From: Octopus vulgaris | Taxonomy: Eukaryota | Direction of reading: 5' to 3' | NCBI GenBank assembly: GCA_951406725.2 | Contig: OX597821.1 | Location: 86,304,001 to 86,368,000, forward strand | DNA length: 64,000 nt | Part shown: in pieces, positions 44,634 to 58,213 of the stretch | Layout of the letters: each line of letters opens with the position of its first letter | How positions within the stretch are numbered: the first letter of the stretch is position 1 | Position numbers and translations under genes: made by a program | The notes under the pieces: generated by a model | Database searches by the model: none | What the model was told of the DNA's origin: nothing | The model's input: the letters and a program-made list of their open reading frames with translations, nothing else

Positions 44634-44816
44634 TTTTCTCCTTACATCCAAGAAGGAAATGAAGCTTTTGTTCACCATATCGTAGTATATGGCTGCTACG
44701 GAAACCTTTCGAAAGGAAATAATAATGGATATGATGGAAAATGCTATTCAAAAAATATGCCGAATGACTGGAACAACTGTATCGAAGTTGTTTTCGCATG
44801 GGCAATTGGAGGCTCG
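44634..44816 (+). CDS. MOXD1: DBH-like monooxygenase exon with CuH His-His ligands
   Basis: tttcag|FSPYIQEGNEAFVHHIVVYGC...KCYSKNMPNDWNNCIEVVFAWAIGGS|gtaagt; 183 nt; not in the ORF track. Confidence 0.93.
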
Positions 44817-45239
44817 GTAAGTTACATTACAACATAATATTTGTAAAAATCCTTTTGGTACTGTTCCAATTTCTTCGATCAAAGTTGAAATGTCCGAGTG
44901 GTTGTGGAGTAGAAATTGTATGCAGCTAGACGAAAGTATACTGTGGTAACCTTGATAAAATACATAGCAAAGAGTGCATTTGCAGGTCAGTGACTGTAAC
45001 AGGATGGTGAGTGAATATTTGTCGAGGAGTCGGATAGTCTTCTTTTAAATGAAGTCCGATATCTATAAATCTTTGATAATCAGTTAAATAGAATGCGACT
45101 TGATAGAATACTGGCTATGTCTTAAGTTCAATTGTGTAATGATTAAGGCGAAGATACTATAAAAAAAATAAATAAAGGGGTATATGTTAGTGAGATGTAA
45201 GGAAAAAAAATTAAAGTTTAAGGCAGACATTTTCTCCGT

Positions 45240-45460
45240 GGCAGAAATGTTAGCACGCCAGGCGAAATGCTTAGCAGTATTTCATCTGCCACTACGTTCT
45301 GTGTTCAAATTCCGCCGAGGTCGACTTTGCCTTTCATTCTTTCGGGGTCGATAAATTAAGTACCAGTCACGCACTGGAGTCGATATAATCGACTTAATCC
45401 GTTTGTCTGTCTTTGTTTGTCCTCTCTGTATTTAGCCCCTTGTTGGTAGTAAAGAAATAG
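45240..45460 (+). mobile_element. tRNA-derived SINE (S1)
   Basis: Matches 27128-27355. Confidence 0.8.
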
Positions 45461-46571
45461 ATATACCGTTGATAACACTAACAGCAGTCTTAACAGAACT
45501 GCCTGTATCCAAACTGACGCCTGTCCCCATAAAACACCACTGGTTTCACAAGACGACTACTAGATATATTTTCTTGAATTTGTGAGTTCTTTAAATAGGT
45601 TAATATTCCTTGTTGTTACTCGGGTAACTTTAGTGGTGACTTTTCTATATTGTTGATATTACCCGACAACATTGAAGTGATACGTTACACAAGTGCAGTG
45701 TAATGCGTTTAGTTTGTAAGAACGACTTTTATCTGGCTAAGGCATTTTGGAGATGTTTGATCCAAGGTAGGTACATGTGCACCGCTGGAGCATTTGTAAT
45801 GATACAGGGACCATTTACTTGAGGTTTTAAGCTTCTTCGGAAAGTAGACAAATTTACATTAAGTTCTGATGATCCTAGTGTCTTTATATGTTGAAATGTC
45901 CTTTCCATTTTATACTTCAAAATTTTTGACACTGAGAATATTTCTAACAACGAAAATGGGGATAAATTCTATGCAAATTCCTCATTATAGTAAATCTACT
46001 CTTTCATGAGTGTGCGAATATGTCTGTGTGATGTGTGATGTGAATATGTCTGTGTGATGTGTATATGTGTGTATATCTGTATATGAATGATGGATAGACA
46101 GACTGACAAGCACACAGACACACAGACAGATAGACAGACACATAAACAGACAGACAGGCATATTATAGATAGATAAATAGAGGGAGAGAGAAATAATGCG
46201 AGAGAAAGCTTGAGAGATATATAGATAGAGAGAGAGATAGAGGGAGAGAAAATAAAAAGTTGGTTTTGTATTTTTGGTAAATGATAAATGATAACTTTTT
46301 ACTGGTACTAAAGAATAATAACAACACTATATATATGTCTAGCTACTCTGCATTGATAAAGGGCAAATACCCTGAAACATGTCTGCAGATGTCTGAGCAG
46401 CAAGGGGAAGCGGCTGACCTCCCCTGTTCGAAGGTTATAATGGACACAGGTTCGTGTGTCATATAGCTAGCTAGAGGTGATGGCCTCTTGGAGCTAATCA
46501 GCGGTAGCTTTAGTCTTATATTTATGGACTACCATATTAGCTTGGCGATAACTATTAATATATATATATAT

Positions 46572-46870
46572 CACTTTCATGTGACCGACCAGACCATCAG
46601 ATGTTGCTACACATCGCTGGTCAGATGTTGCTACACATCGCTGGACACAATGCGTTCGCATTGTTTTAGCCTTCGAATGACGCCACCCCGCTGGCTAAGC
46701 GAGCAAGCCAACAGAAGAAAGAGTGGTGAAAGAGTACAGCAGGGAACACCACCTGGAGCTTTTAGGTATTTACGCTCAATAAACACTCACAACACCCGGT
46801 CTGGGAATCGAAACCACGATCCTACGACCGCGAGTCCGCTGCCCTAACCACTAGGCCATTGCGCCTCCAC
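46572..46870 (-). mobile_element. tRNA-derived SINE (family S3)
   Basis: Minus strand ggaggcgcaatggcctagtggttagggcagcggactcgcgg...ggtttcgattccc has clear A and B boxes followed by a non-tRNA body; TA flanks. Confidence 0.75.
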
Positions 46871-46993
<123 letters not shown>

Positions 46994-47034
46994 TGTAGAT
47001 ATCTATGTATGTATCTATATATGTATGTATAGCC

Positions 47035-48250
47035 CTCTCAGATTCGATAAATCAGGAAATCAGGAAGAAAATGCAGAGGGGGTATGTTATTCGAAGTGTT
47101 CAGTATTATACATCCATTGCAGCCGATCTTACCGGTTGCTTCCGAACTAGGGGTTCAACGGAGTGTTAGGTAACAGTCAGATTATGTAACCTTGCGCTCT
47201 TCAGAGATGGCAGTTATGGAATGAAATATGGCAACTGTTTATTGTTAGAGGCGAACAGACGCATCCGCTTTGTGGTAGCTTCAAAAAGAGATAAAACCAA
47301 CTGAACAAGGGTTAAGTTAGGAGTTATGCCCTCTTGGTACCAAAACACCATATCTGGAGCTGTTGCAAGGTGACAAGAGTTTTCTGGAAAACTGCGTATT
47401 GGAAATATATGTATGTTTTATGGTTGATGTTCTTGTAGAAATGGAATGCGTGTAGAGGTATTATATGTGCAGTGTTTTCAGAGGCGGGGGTGCCCAATGG
47501 TTGCATACACATCTGTGTTCCTTATTGTGATTTCGCCTTTTATGTTTTTGTTAAAACCGTTTCTTAAATTCTTTGGGACATTTATGTATGGATGGGGTGT
47601 ACGTAGGGGTACAATAATCGTGAAAGAGTATTGGGAGTGGTGGAAAGGGTCTACTGGGTAGATCCACCGTGTTAGGGTTTATGTGTTTGTGAGTGCGTTT
47701 GAGTATGTTCCGATCAAACTCTTTGCTGGATTCTCAGGTATAGATTTTAGGCGGGTCGAAGTTGGGGGACTGATGATTTTAATCATGATGAGGCACACAT
47801 GTATGATAGGATGTACTTCCTTTCATGTGGGAAGGGATTAAAAATTTCACTTCTGCCGTTTAGGCGGATGCCTGGGTGCAGTGAGCTCTTTAATAATGCT
47901 CTTCTTTTCTCAGCCATGCATGATCGTACTTCCTGCTGCTACTAAAGTATGCTTTTCATTTCTCTAAAATTCTTCCACTTTGTCAGTACTCGGTGGTGCT
48001 TTGTTTCAACGACCATACAAGGTTGGCGATGTTTGTGATGTTACGTCTCACCGTGATATTGAAGGAGGGCTTGTGGTCGGTATAGAGGGTTCTGAAGGGA
48101 CCTTCGGTTGCTCCTACGTAATTTCGCACGTTTTGCAGCCCATTTGATCCTATTGTTGCTACCTCTGCTTCGTATACGACGATTTCGATATTGTAGCAGC
48201 CGTTTAGTGGATATGTGTTACCCCTACATGAGCATCACACATAGGAAGAT
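47035..48250 (-). mobile_element. Decayed 3' end of another Penelope-like element (GIY-YIG plus pLTR with hammerhead-like motif at 47126-47208)
   Basis: Minus strand CSCRG..YPLNGC....VVYEAEV.......NYVGATEGPFR..Y.DHK.SF; ATCT-CTGAAGA...GCAACCGGTA-AGAT. Confidence 0.7.
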
Positions 48251-48429
48251 GCTGAAACTGGTTTAAAGGCTCGTAAATACCTCTACTTGCAATCATGTAC
48301 CGCCGGCAGATTGATCAATTCTTCATCCGTGTTCACACAACCTCTCTCTGTTAACCACTGGTGTCTGTTGCTGCTCGCGTCGCCAGGTACGCAAGGAAAA
48401 ACTTTTCTTCATACTCGCTGACGTGACAT

Positions 48430-49352
48430 CATCTCTCGTCGCTTCCAGTCTTCTTTCCACCATACGCCTCCTTATCTAATGATCACTGCTCCCTGTTCTG
48501 TCTCGCAATCATCCATCTATCTGGGGGAGGGACGTTTCTCAGAGATCTCCGTAGGGTCTCGGGGCTACGCTTGGGTGTCTCCATTTGTATCAGAATATGG
48601 CCTTGTGCGAGACAGACACTTCGGCTTGCCCTACCTTAGGCGTCAGGTTATACCAGAAGAGTGCTTCCATGGGGGAGATTCGTCCCCTCTCAGCCATGGC
48701 TTTAATCGTACAGTGGTGCTGTTCAACAATCTCATTTCTACCTGGCAGGTATGCAGCTCTGAAAAAAGCATCTTGTGCTCCATCTTCCAAGCATCTCTCT
48801 CATCAATAGCTCGTCTACAGGACCCATTTTCAAAAACACTGCATCCAGCACCTCTGTAACTTCGGCAGAAGGCTCCGCCCTGATTTCTCTCCATATAGCC
48901 GTCCGCCCCGGACCGCAGTCGGCCATTGAATGGTACATCTTTCCCCTATAGTGGTCACATCAATGGCCAGCCTCTTCCATTCTTCATTTATATGAATCAA
49001 TCGAGTGGCACCTGTTACAGTTCCCCATTATCCTCTGAACGCTCGCTCTGGTGACAACGGGGTCGACAATCCTAGCCAAAAAGATATTGTGCAGCCTTCT
49101 TAGTTCTGTGCCCTCCAACTGACAAACCGCTGCCGTCTCACCCGGAACATCCTCTACTGTTTCCAACCAATTCTTTTTCACTCTGGTTAGAACGTTCGCC
49201 TTATTCTCTTCCGAGCGCATGAACACCACATGCAGTTCCAGGACATAATCGGCAGCTAGCTCCCTCAGGATTCCCAGACGACGCTTGATCACCGTTTCCC
49301 CGGCCCCTTTCGTGCGAATCCTCTTCCGGTTGGTGATCACTGACTCCACACA
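48430..49352 (-). mobile_element. Gypsy-type LTR retrotransposon pol remnant (end of RNase H, integrase zinc finger and core)
   Basis: RSEENKANVLTR; CNRCHSID; WKRLAIDVT; DCGPGR; GPVDELL; GRNEIVEQHHCTIK, in broken frames. Confidence 0.8.
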
Positions 49353-49353
49353 C

Positions 49354-49411
49354 ACAGCGTACATTTTTTAAAAATTTATTTCTCCTCGCATATTTTTTGA
49401 GTGATTGAGTG

Positions 49412-49451
<40 letters not shown>

Positions 49452-49509
49452 GTGTGTTACCGGAAAGAGAGAGAGGGAGAGGGAGGAGTGTGTGTTGCTG
49501 TGTGTGTAC

Positions 49510-49540
<31 letters not shown>

Positions 49541-49691
49541 GGGTGTGTTACCGGAAAGAGAGAGAGAGAGAGGGAGGAGTGTGTGTTGCTGTGTGTGTAC
49601 GTGTGTGTGTGAGAGAGAGAGAGAGAGAGATGGGTGTGTTACCGGAAAGAGAGAGAGGGAGAGGGAGGAGTGTGTGTTGCTGTGTCTGTAC

Positions 49692-49722
<31 letters not shown>

Positions 49723-49946
49723 GAGTGTGTTAACAGAAAGAGAGAGAGGGAGAGGGAGGAGTGTGTGTTGCTGTGTGTGTACGTGTGTGAGTGAGAGAGA
49801 GAGATGGGTGTGTTACCGGAAAGAGAGAGAGGGAGAGGGAGGAGTGTGTGTTGCTGTGTGTGTACGTGTGTGAGAGAGAGAGAGATGGGTGTGTTACCGG
49901 AAAGAGAGAGAGGGAGAGGGAGGAGTGTCTGTTGCTGTGTGTGTAC

Positions 49947-49983
<37 letters not shown>

Positions 49984-50215
49984 GTGTGTTACCGGAAAGA
50001 GAGAGAGGGAGAGGGAGGAGTGTGTGTTGCTGTGTCTGTACGTGTGTGTGAGAGAGAGAGAGAGAGAGATGGGTGTGTTACCGGAAAGAGAGAGAGAGGG
50101 AGGGGGAGGAGTGTGTGTTGCTGTGCGTGTACGTGTGTGTGAGAGAGAGAGAGATGGGTGTGTTACCGGAAAGAGAGAGAGGGAGAGGGAGGAGTGTGTG
50201 TCGCTGTGTGTGTAC

Positions 50216-50254
<39 letters not shown>

Positions 50255-50401
50255 GTGTGTTACCGGAAAGAGAGAGAGGGAGAGGGAGGAGTGTGTGTCG
50301 CTGTGTGTGTACGTGTGTTAGAGAGAGAGAGAGAGAGAGATGGGTGTGTTACCGGGAAGAGAGAGAGGGAGAGGGAGGAGTGTGTGTTGCAGTGTGTGTA
50401 C

Positions 50402-50434
<33 letters not shown>

Positions 50435-51073
50435 GGGTGTGTTACCGGAAAGAGAGAGGGAGAGGGAGGAGTGTGTGTTGCTGTGTGTGTACGTGTGTGT
50501 GTGAGAGAGAGAGAGGGAGGAGTGTGTGTTGCTGTGTGTGTACGTGTGTGAGAGAGAGAGAGAGAAAGAGAGAGATGGGTGTGTTACCGGAAAGAGAGAG
50601 AGGGAGAGGGAGGAGTGCGTGTTGCTGTGTGTGTACGTGTGAGAGAGAGAGAGAGAGAGAGATGGGTGTGTTACCGGAAAGAGAGAGAGGGAGAGGGAGG
50701 AGTGTGTGTTGCTGTGTGTGTACGTGTATGAGAGAGAGAGAGAGAGAGTGATGGGTGTGTTACCGGAAAGAGAGAGAGGGAGAGGGAGGAGTGCGTGTTG
50801 CTGTGTGTGTACGTGTGAGAGAGAGAGAGAGAGAGAGATGGGTGTGTTACCGGAAAGAGAGAGAGGGAGAGGGAGGAGTGCGTGTTGCTGTGTGTGTACG
50901 TGTGAGAGAGAGAGAGAGAGAGAGATGGGTGTGTTACCGGAAAGAGAGAGAGGGAGAGGGAGGAGTGTGTGTTGCTGTGTGTGTACGTGTGTGAGAGAGA
51001 GAGAGAGAGAGATGGGTGTGTTACCGGAAAGAGAGAGAGGGAGAGGGAGGAGTATCTGTTGCTGTGTGTGTAC

Positions 51074-51122
<49 letters not shown>

Positions 51123-51179
51123 GTGTGTTACCGGAAAGAGAGAGAGGAGAGGGAGGAGTGTCTGTTGCTGTGTGTGTAC

Positions 51180-51215
<36 letters not shown>

Positions 51216-51585
51216 TGGGTGTGTTACCGGAAAGAGAGAGAGAGAGAGGGAGGAGTGTGTGTTGCTGTGTGTGTACGTGTGTGAGAGAGAGAGAGAGAGA
51301 GAGATGGGTGTGTTACCGGAAAGAGAGAGAGGGAGAGGGAGGAGTGTCTGTTGCTGTGTGTGTACGTGTGTGTGAGAGAGAGAGATAGCGTAAATTTTAT
51401 TTATGTTCTTTTTCTCGCATCTTTTTTTAGTGTGTTTGACAGAGAGAGAGAGAGAGAGAGAAGGAGAGGGCGTTACGCTATCACTCAATCTCTTTCTCTA
51501 TCTATCTATCTATCTATCTATCTCTCAGTCAATCACTCACTCAAAAAAGATGCAAGGGAAAATACATTTTAAAAATGTACGCTGT
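49354..51585. mobile_element. Non-autonomous element with ~65-bp inverted termini enclosing a minisatellite
   Basis: acagcgtacattttt..aaaa...gcat.ttttttgagtga..gagtgattgaga (49354-49418) vs tctcagtcaatcactcactcaaaaaagatgc...ttttaaaaatgtacgctgt (51523-51585). Confidence 0.75.
49415..51385. repeat. Minisatellite, ~21 units of ~80-105 bp with variable (GA)n/(GT)n
   Basis: Unit (GA)n-TGGGTGTGTTACCGGAAA-(GA)n-GGGAGAGGGAGGAGTGTGTGTTGCTGTGTGTGTAC-(GT)n. Confidence 0.95.
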
Positions 51586-51889
51586 CACTTTCTCTTCTTA
51601 AACGCACACACACACAAACATACCAACACGCACCTTCTCTCTCACACACACACACAATACTGTTCGCCATTGATAGAAGGGGACTTAACTCATGTTCTAA
51701 ACTTCTCAAACAGATTTCACCGACGTTCAAAATTGGTAATAGTTATGGTTGAAAATCAATTTTTACCGCTATCCGCGGGTGCTTCGGGTAAAATAAGTTG
51801 ACAAAAGCACATTCATGGTCATGACAAATGTCACCCTAAAATTGGAATGACATGCGTGCTAATTTGTGGACGTGCATAAATTACATTCA

Positions 51890-51938
<49 letters not shown>

Positions 51939-52029
51939 CCTGCCTTTTGTAGATATAGATAATAATAAGGGCACACGGATATGTACTCGGTAGTGTAGTG
52001 AAACCACGTGATAAAAATAAGACTACAGA

Positions 52030-52060
<31 letters not shown>

Positions 52061-52845
52061 TATTCTTAAAGGATTGACATAACTCTTCACAAAGGTAAAC
52101 AGACAAGACGAAGACCGCGATGCCATTGCAATAAATCTTTTATTGGTTGAACGATATTTCGGCAGCAAGCCAGTCGTTGTCGAGTTCAAAATAAAAAGTG
52201 ATAAAAATTCAAAATTATAGTGTGAACGAGAGCAACCAGCGTCTACACGTTGATGGAATGACATCATCAGTCTTTAAGTTTCAATTTTATAACAGGCCAA
52301 AAGAGAAAGAGAGAAAAATGAGGAAAGTAAAAAGAAAAGAAAAAGAAGCAGAATATTTAATGAAACAGTTTCGTGTGAATTTGATGATATTCTCCTATCA
52401 TTTTATTCAATCCTCCAGGGAGTGACGTTAATAAAAGAAATAGCAAACGAAATAGCTAAGATTAACAAGGATAGTCAAATTCTCACGCATAATTTTAGCA
52501 AGCACAATACAATATGTGACAGAATTCCTTTAGTGATTAGCTAACACCGAAATTTCGCTGACATTCCGAAAGTGTTGCATGGAAGTTACCAGCATATGGC
52601 GGGAAATATCTTCGTTTCAAACAGATATTTCCTCACCCACCTATTGTAGCCTTCAGATGGAATAAGAATATAAGAGAATTATTGATCTCTATTTCTGGCT
52701 CCATGATAACTAACACTGGAGTATCTGCACGCTGTACCTTGAAAAACAGCTGCAAGAGAAGTAAGCCCTATTTTAGAGCAAATTATTATGCTACATTATT
52801 ACAGTTATAATACCGTAGCTGTTAAATACTAATCATTGAGCAGGC

Positions 52846-55800
52846 CCAAACCTTTATTAAAAAAAACTCAAAGAGACATGCAACATGTGTCAAGTGAATT
52901 CCATCAGTATTCATAACAGAAATGTTATGATTTATACAGAAGGTGGGTCATGTAGGGATTCCTATTTGGTGTTCGCAGCAGAATGCACGAAACACTGATT
53001 TAAAGACTGATATTGCCCGCCTGATAGAGGGCAGTGAGTGCCTGGCAGCATTCCAGATGTCAGTTACCCTGTCTGGGTCTCTTCTTGGCCCAGGACTGTA
53101 GCTCAGTCAAGATGAGCTGCGGAAAGGCCCGTTTGACAAACGGCGACCACACCTCTTCACCGCTTAAGCAGAATATCTGGAGATGCCGCAGCCTCAGCGC
53201 ATGTCTACGCATCATTAGCTACGGCATGTCCAGCCCTCCGCGTAGAAGGTGCAAGCAGCAGATGGACAGCCTCACCAACGGAACCTGTCCCCTCAACAAG
53301 AATTTGAAGAGGAGGCACTCCAGCTTGGTGAGGCGCGAACGGAGGCAAGGCACAACAGTCAGGCGGTTGTAGATGACAGACGCTATATATGCAATCGCCA
53401 CCGCCACCTGACCTTTCAGTGACAGCTTCCTCGCAGCCTATTTCCAGTGACACTGGCTACCCTGCTCATCACCATCTGGAGGTCTGGTCCGAACCAAACC
53501 CCGAGCAACTTTTCTGGTTCATCCGTCCAGCGCCCAACGACGCTGTAGGACAACATGGACTTGCCTCTTCAGCCCACCGACTTATCCGAGTTAAAATTTG
53601 CCCCCGTCAACTTTTCATATTTTTCCAATAATATGCCCACCAACTCGATTTCTGAGGTATCCTACAGTATCACGATGATGTCGTCCGCATAATCCGACAC
53701 AGCCCTTCCACATCCCGGTTTGAGTGGGATGCCCTGCAGCAGCTCCAGATCCGCAGTAAAGGCTCAAGAGTCAATAAGTACAGAAGGGAGGAGAGAAGGA
53801 TCCCTTGATGGACTGATCTCGTAATTTGAATCGGTTCCAAGAGGTGGCTATTAACTTTGACCACTGAGATGTCGCTGTGCATTGCGGCGATTCAGCTTCT
53901 GAAGACGGGGCCGCAGCCAGCCGCAAGAGACGGGGCCGAAGACAGTTGCTGAAGACGGGGCGGAAGCTAGTTGCATTGGATTGCGCAAGTTTGTGTGCCT
54001 CCCCAACCAAATCCTCGTTGACAAGCGCCAACCTCTTCGCTAACACCTTGACCAAAATCTTAAACTCTGTTAAACAGAGTTATGGACCTGAAGTGCGTCC
54101 CTCTTGTTTTCGTCTTTCCATATCAGCGTCACAGATCTCCCGTTCTGCTGCGATTTGCAATAGAGCGCTTCGAGATCGGAGAATAAGTCTGGCATATTTA
54201 CGTAAAGCTCGTAGGGCAGACCTTCAAAACTGAGTAACTTGCGCCTCATGGAGCCGACAAGGGCATCCTGAATTTCGGCTGAAGTTATCGGTCTTTCGAA
54301 GTGCTCAGCGTCGGCCGCCGAGAGGTACGGCAAGCCGTTGAGGTAGGCATTGAAGTCGACCTTCGATTCTGTAGATAGGTACAAGATGTTTGAAATCCTT
54401 AAGCTCTATGGGATACCAGACAAAATTATTTCTGCCATCAAGGTCTTCTACAGAGATACGTCTTCAACCATCTTGACCCCTGATGGAGAAACATCATCTT
54501 TCTCAATCAAAGCCGGAATACTGCAGGGGGACACACTCACCCCATTTCTTTTCATCATTGTTGTTGATTATGTGCTACGTATGTCAGTTGATACCATCTC
54601 TGGCAAGGGCTTTGAAATAAAACCAAGAAGAAGTTCCAGACACCCAGCTGAGTACTTGACAGACACTGACTTTGCTGACGACATCGCTCTTATCAGTGAT
54701 TCTCTCTCCAATGCCCAGTCTCTTTTACAATCTCTTGAACAAGCCTCAAATTGTGTAAGTCTTTACCTCAATGAGGCCAAAACTGAATACATAAACAAGT
54801 GCCTGTCCAACAGTGATTGCATCATCCATACTCTCAACAGTGCGCCTTTAAATATGGTTTCTGATTATAAATATCTTGGGTCATACATATCATCATCTGG
54901 AAAAGACTTTCTAACTAGAAAGGGTATGGCTTGGTCAGCCTGTAATGACATGCATCAGATCTGGTCATTAAATCTAAGTAGAGACTTCAAACTTGAAATA
55001 TTCAAAGCCACAGTCGAACCAATTCTACTATATGGCTCAGAAACCTGGACGTTATCAAAGAAGCTTGAGAGGCGGTTGGATGGAACCTACACTCGCCTCC
55101 TTATGAGAGCTCAAAATCTCTCGTGGAAGCGCCATCCAACCAAAATGCAAATATATGGGAAACTACCACCTGTGTCATCTCTTGTGAAAGGTAGGAGAGT
55201 CCAGTTTGCTGGACTTTGTTGTAGAGCTGAAAAAGAAGTAATTTCTACTCTTCTCCTCTGGAAGACATCTACTCGCAATACCAGAAGGCGCACACTCTCC
55301 TACCCTGATGTAATCTCCAGGGATACAGGCATCCAGCAACAGGACCTCCGTAATGCTATGATGGACCGTGAAGTCTGGCGTAGCATGGTAAGTTCCATTG
55401 TCTCGACCACGGTCGAACAATGATGATGATGATCTGACCTACCCGTCACCCCGAACAACCGAGAAAAGTGCTGGCAAAAGGCCTCATGCATCTGCCTAGC
55501 ATCGCTCAACTTGTGTCCGTCTTGGTCCGTCAAAGACCTTATTGTGGTTTTGTTACCACGCTGCTCCCCCTCCACGCGGGCCCATTGAACAGCTTTGGTT
55601 CCCTCGTTTCTCTAGCACGTGCCTTAACTCTGACAATGTAACCATTGAAGAAATGATCTAATGCCATTCTCGCTGATAGCATGTCGGTTGCAATGCCACT
55701 ACAATAGCCTCGTCGAACTTAGCTACCACCTCTTCTTCCTTTCTATCTTTTCTAACATTACTTCTTTGCTAAACCCTATCGAAATCATCCTCACCACTCT

Positions 55801-56392
55801 TTTGAGACTTCCCCACCTCCACCTGTTGTTGACGACATCCCCTGACAACTTTCGCTAAACTAAATTGTTGACCTGGTCCCTGTAAGCCTTACGTGCCAGA
55901 AGGAAATATTCAGCTTCCAGGAACTAGACCCTAACCAACGCGTCTTATCTAGGTCGTCCGTAAAGACTACAAACTTGTGATATAAATAATCAGCCGTTTT
56001 AAAAAGTGGACAGCCTACACTATTGCTATCTATTTTCCAAGTGAAAATCTTGTCTATGTACGATCTAGATGACCCTATGCATTTGGTACAGGTCCACACT
56101 TGCGCATTAAGGAAATCTCGTTGGTACCTATCAGATAGTTGGAACTGGCTGATCAGGTGCGTTAGGCTTTTGTACCCACCCCGTTTCTATCAGCTACTAC
56201 CACACAATCCCAGCGTACGTCGAAGATGCCATTCCAGTCCCCCACTAACAATAACGGGCGACATATACCTAGAAAGGCTTCCAGACGTCTATAGAAATCT
56301 GGCTGTTTGGCTTCGGTAGGGGCATAGATGGCCACCAGTCTACAGGCACCAGCTTCGCTCTTGCTCACATTCAGGATCACCAACTTACCTAA
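52846..56392 (-). mobile_element. Degenerate Tx1/L1-clade LINE (APE endonuclease plus RT), interrupted by an RTE
   Basis: GKLVILNV..RLVAIYAP...LLVGDWN (APE); RPITSAEI..AL; GLPYELY; KVLAKRL; RSVHQG..LS.LLY.L.LEPLL; YADDI; LFKFL..G..PLVR..C.....GGLDMP. Confidence 0.85.
54360..55433 (+). mobile_element. 5'-truncated RTE-clade LINE with (TGA)n tail
   Basis: FDSVDR, GILQGDTL.PFLF, DFADDI, YKYLGS, PILLYGSETW, DREVWR; the stop codon runs directly into tgatgatgatgat. Confidence 0.9.
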
Positions 56393-56652
56393 TCGGGGTA
56401 AGTACTTTCCTGTCCGTCTTAGTATCGAATATATGTCTATATGTTTTGTTGTCGTCTGTTGTGTTCTTGGTCCAATTTTTGGAATTACATATACATAGAG
56501 CGACGTACGTACACATTTGCTCACCATATTGATCGTTCGATTGATCGATAGACAGATAGATAGACAAATAGATAGACAGACAGAAAGATAGATAGATAGA
56601 TACATACATACATACATACATACACACATACATACATACATACATACATACA

Positions 56653-56684
<32 letters not shown>

Positions 56685-56700
56685 CGTTTGCTTCTCCTAG

Positions 56701-56803
56701 AAATTCGCTCTCCCTGAACATGCTGGACTTCCTGTTGGAGGTAAAGATGATCATGAATACTATTTACTGGAAATACATTACGATAATCCAGAAGAGAAGG
56801 AAG
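56701..56803 (+). CDS. MOXD1: DBH-like monooxygenase exon with third CuH His
   Basis: cctag|KFALPEHAGLPVGGKDDHEYYLLEIHYDNPEEKE-G|gtaagt; 103 nt, phase 1. Confidence 0.93.
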
Positions 56804-57141
56804 GTAAGTTCATATTTGTTCCCTGTATTTGAAATATTTGTGTGTCCTACATGATTAGATTGTTTGACATACTCTTCTCTTTGACATACTCTTTGACATA
56901 CTTTGACATACTTTTTGACATACTCTTCTCTTTGACATACTCTTCTCTTTCCCATACTGATTTGTTTATTCTATTTTCCTCTTCGACGTACTCTCATGTT
57001 TGGCATTCTTTTCTATTTGACTAACTCTCCAGTTTAACATTTTTTTCGACTTGATTAACTCTCTATTTTATCCTCTCATTTTCCTTTTATTTTTAATCTT
57101 TGCAATTAAGATATTTCAATTTGCTTTTCTCCATATTGTAG

Positions 57142-57308
57142 GCGTGCTCGATTCCTCCGGAATAGATATAACTCTTACTAAATCTAAACGTCAATACAAT
57201 GTTGGAATATTAACAATAGGATATACTGTGACAGGTTTTTCGCAATTTATTCCACCTTATGCCGAAGAATTCAAATATTACGGACACTGTGAGGCGTGTG
57301 GATCTATG
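57142..57308 (+). CDS. MOXD1: DBH-like monooxygenase exon
   Basis: tgtag|(G)VLDSSGIDITLT..KRQYNVGIL..G....FIPPYAEEFKYYGHC..CGSM|gtaagt; 167 nt, phase-compatible with the previous exon. Confidence 0.92.
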
Positions 57309-58009
57309 GTAAGTATTTTAAATTTGATCTTTATAAAGTCTCGTGAAATAAGGTTTCTAACTATACCGTTTGCACAATGAATGAATTCAATGGAATTGTG
57401 AAATAAATAAATTGAAACTGGGTTAGATACACGTCATCTTTAGTATTAATCCCTTGTTTTCTCTAAATTATATTATTAGTGATAATATATAAGGATGATG
57501 AACGACTTGATAATGTATTGATATTTATTCATATGCTGGATTGATTGAACCAGTAGAAAGCCGAAATAAAAACTCTTTTAATTCATTTACGTTCCTTTAT
57601 CTTACGAACATATACACCTCTATATATAATTTGCCTTCCAGTAGTTTTTAGGTTGATATTAGAATATTTTTAATCAATAAACTCTTCATTTACATAAGTA
57701 TGGTTTTATAAAAATGCATGAATTACCAGCGTAACTCTACTGTGAAGCTTATACATTTGTTCCATTCACACTCTGGAATAGATAAAACAAATACCAGTCA
57801 AGTTTAGTGGTCAATTAGAATGACCACACGACATCTAAATATATGGCTTTCTTAAAGGGCCAAACACTAAAACATTTCCAACAAAACTAACAGACAGAAA
57901 AGTGCTGGGCCAGGTTTGTAAACATATCCTGCTTACCAAAGTAGATATACCCTCGTACCCGTGTTTGAAACAATTACTTAAGACATTGTTATTTCATTTT
58001 CCCCTAAAG

Positions 58010-58213
58010 ATTACACCTGAAAGAAATAGCCAATGGAATGAGGACGGAGTTAAGATGTTTGCCGTTCTACTTCATGCACACCTGACAGGGAGAAAGATAA
58101 GGGTTCGTCATATTCGCAATGGTAAACTGCTTCCTGATGTTATGTATGATGAAAATTACGATTTCAATTACCAAGAACTGAGGTACATGAAGAAGGAGAC
58201 TTTTCTTTCACAG
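58010..58213 (+). CDS. MOXD1: DBH-like monooxygenase exon with CuM HxH motif; gene continues beyond the window
   Basis: aaag|...GVKMFAVLLHAHLTGRKIRVRHIRNG...DENYDFNYQE...SQ|gtaaga; 204 nt. Confidence 0.92.

Noticed and set aside
46790-46870. tRNA-like sequence on the minus strand
   Set aside because: Acceptor stem is not closed and it continues into a repeat body; interpreted as a SINE head, not a tRNA gene.
49415-51385. Regularly spaced repeat resembling a CRISPR array; ORFs with ERER/CVCV repeats
   Set aside because: Intervening sequences are microsatellite length variants, not unique spacers; no cas genes; eukaryotic context; the ORFs are translations of dinucleotide repeats.
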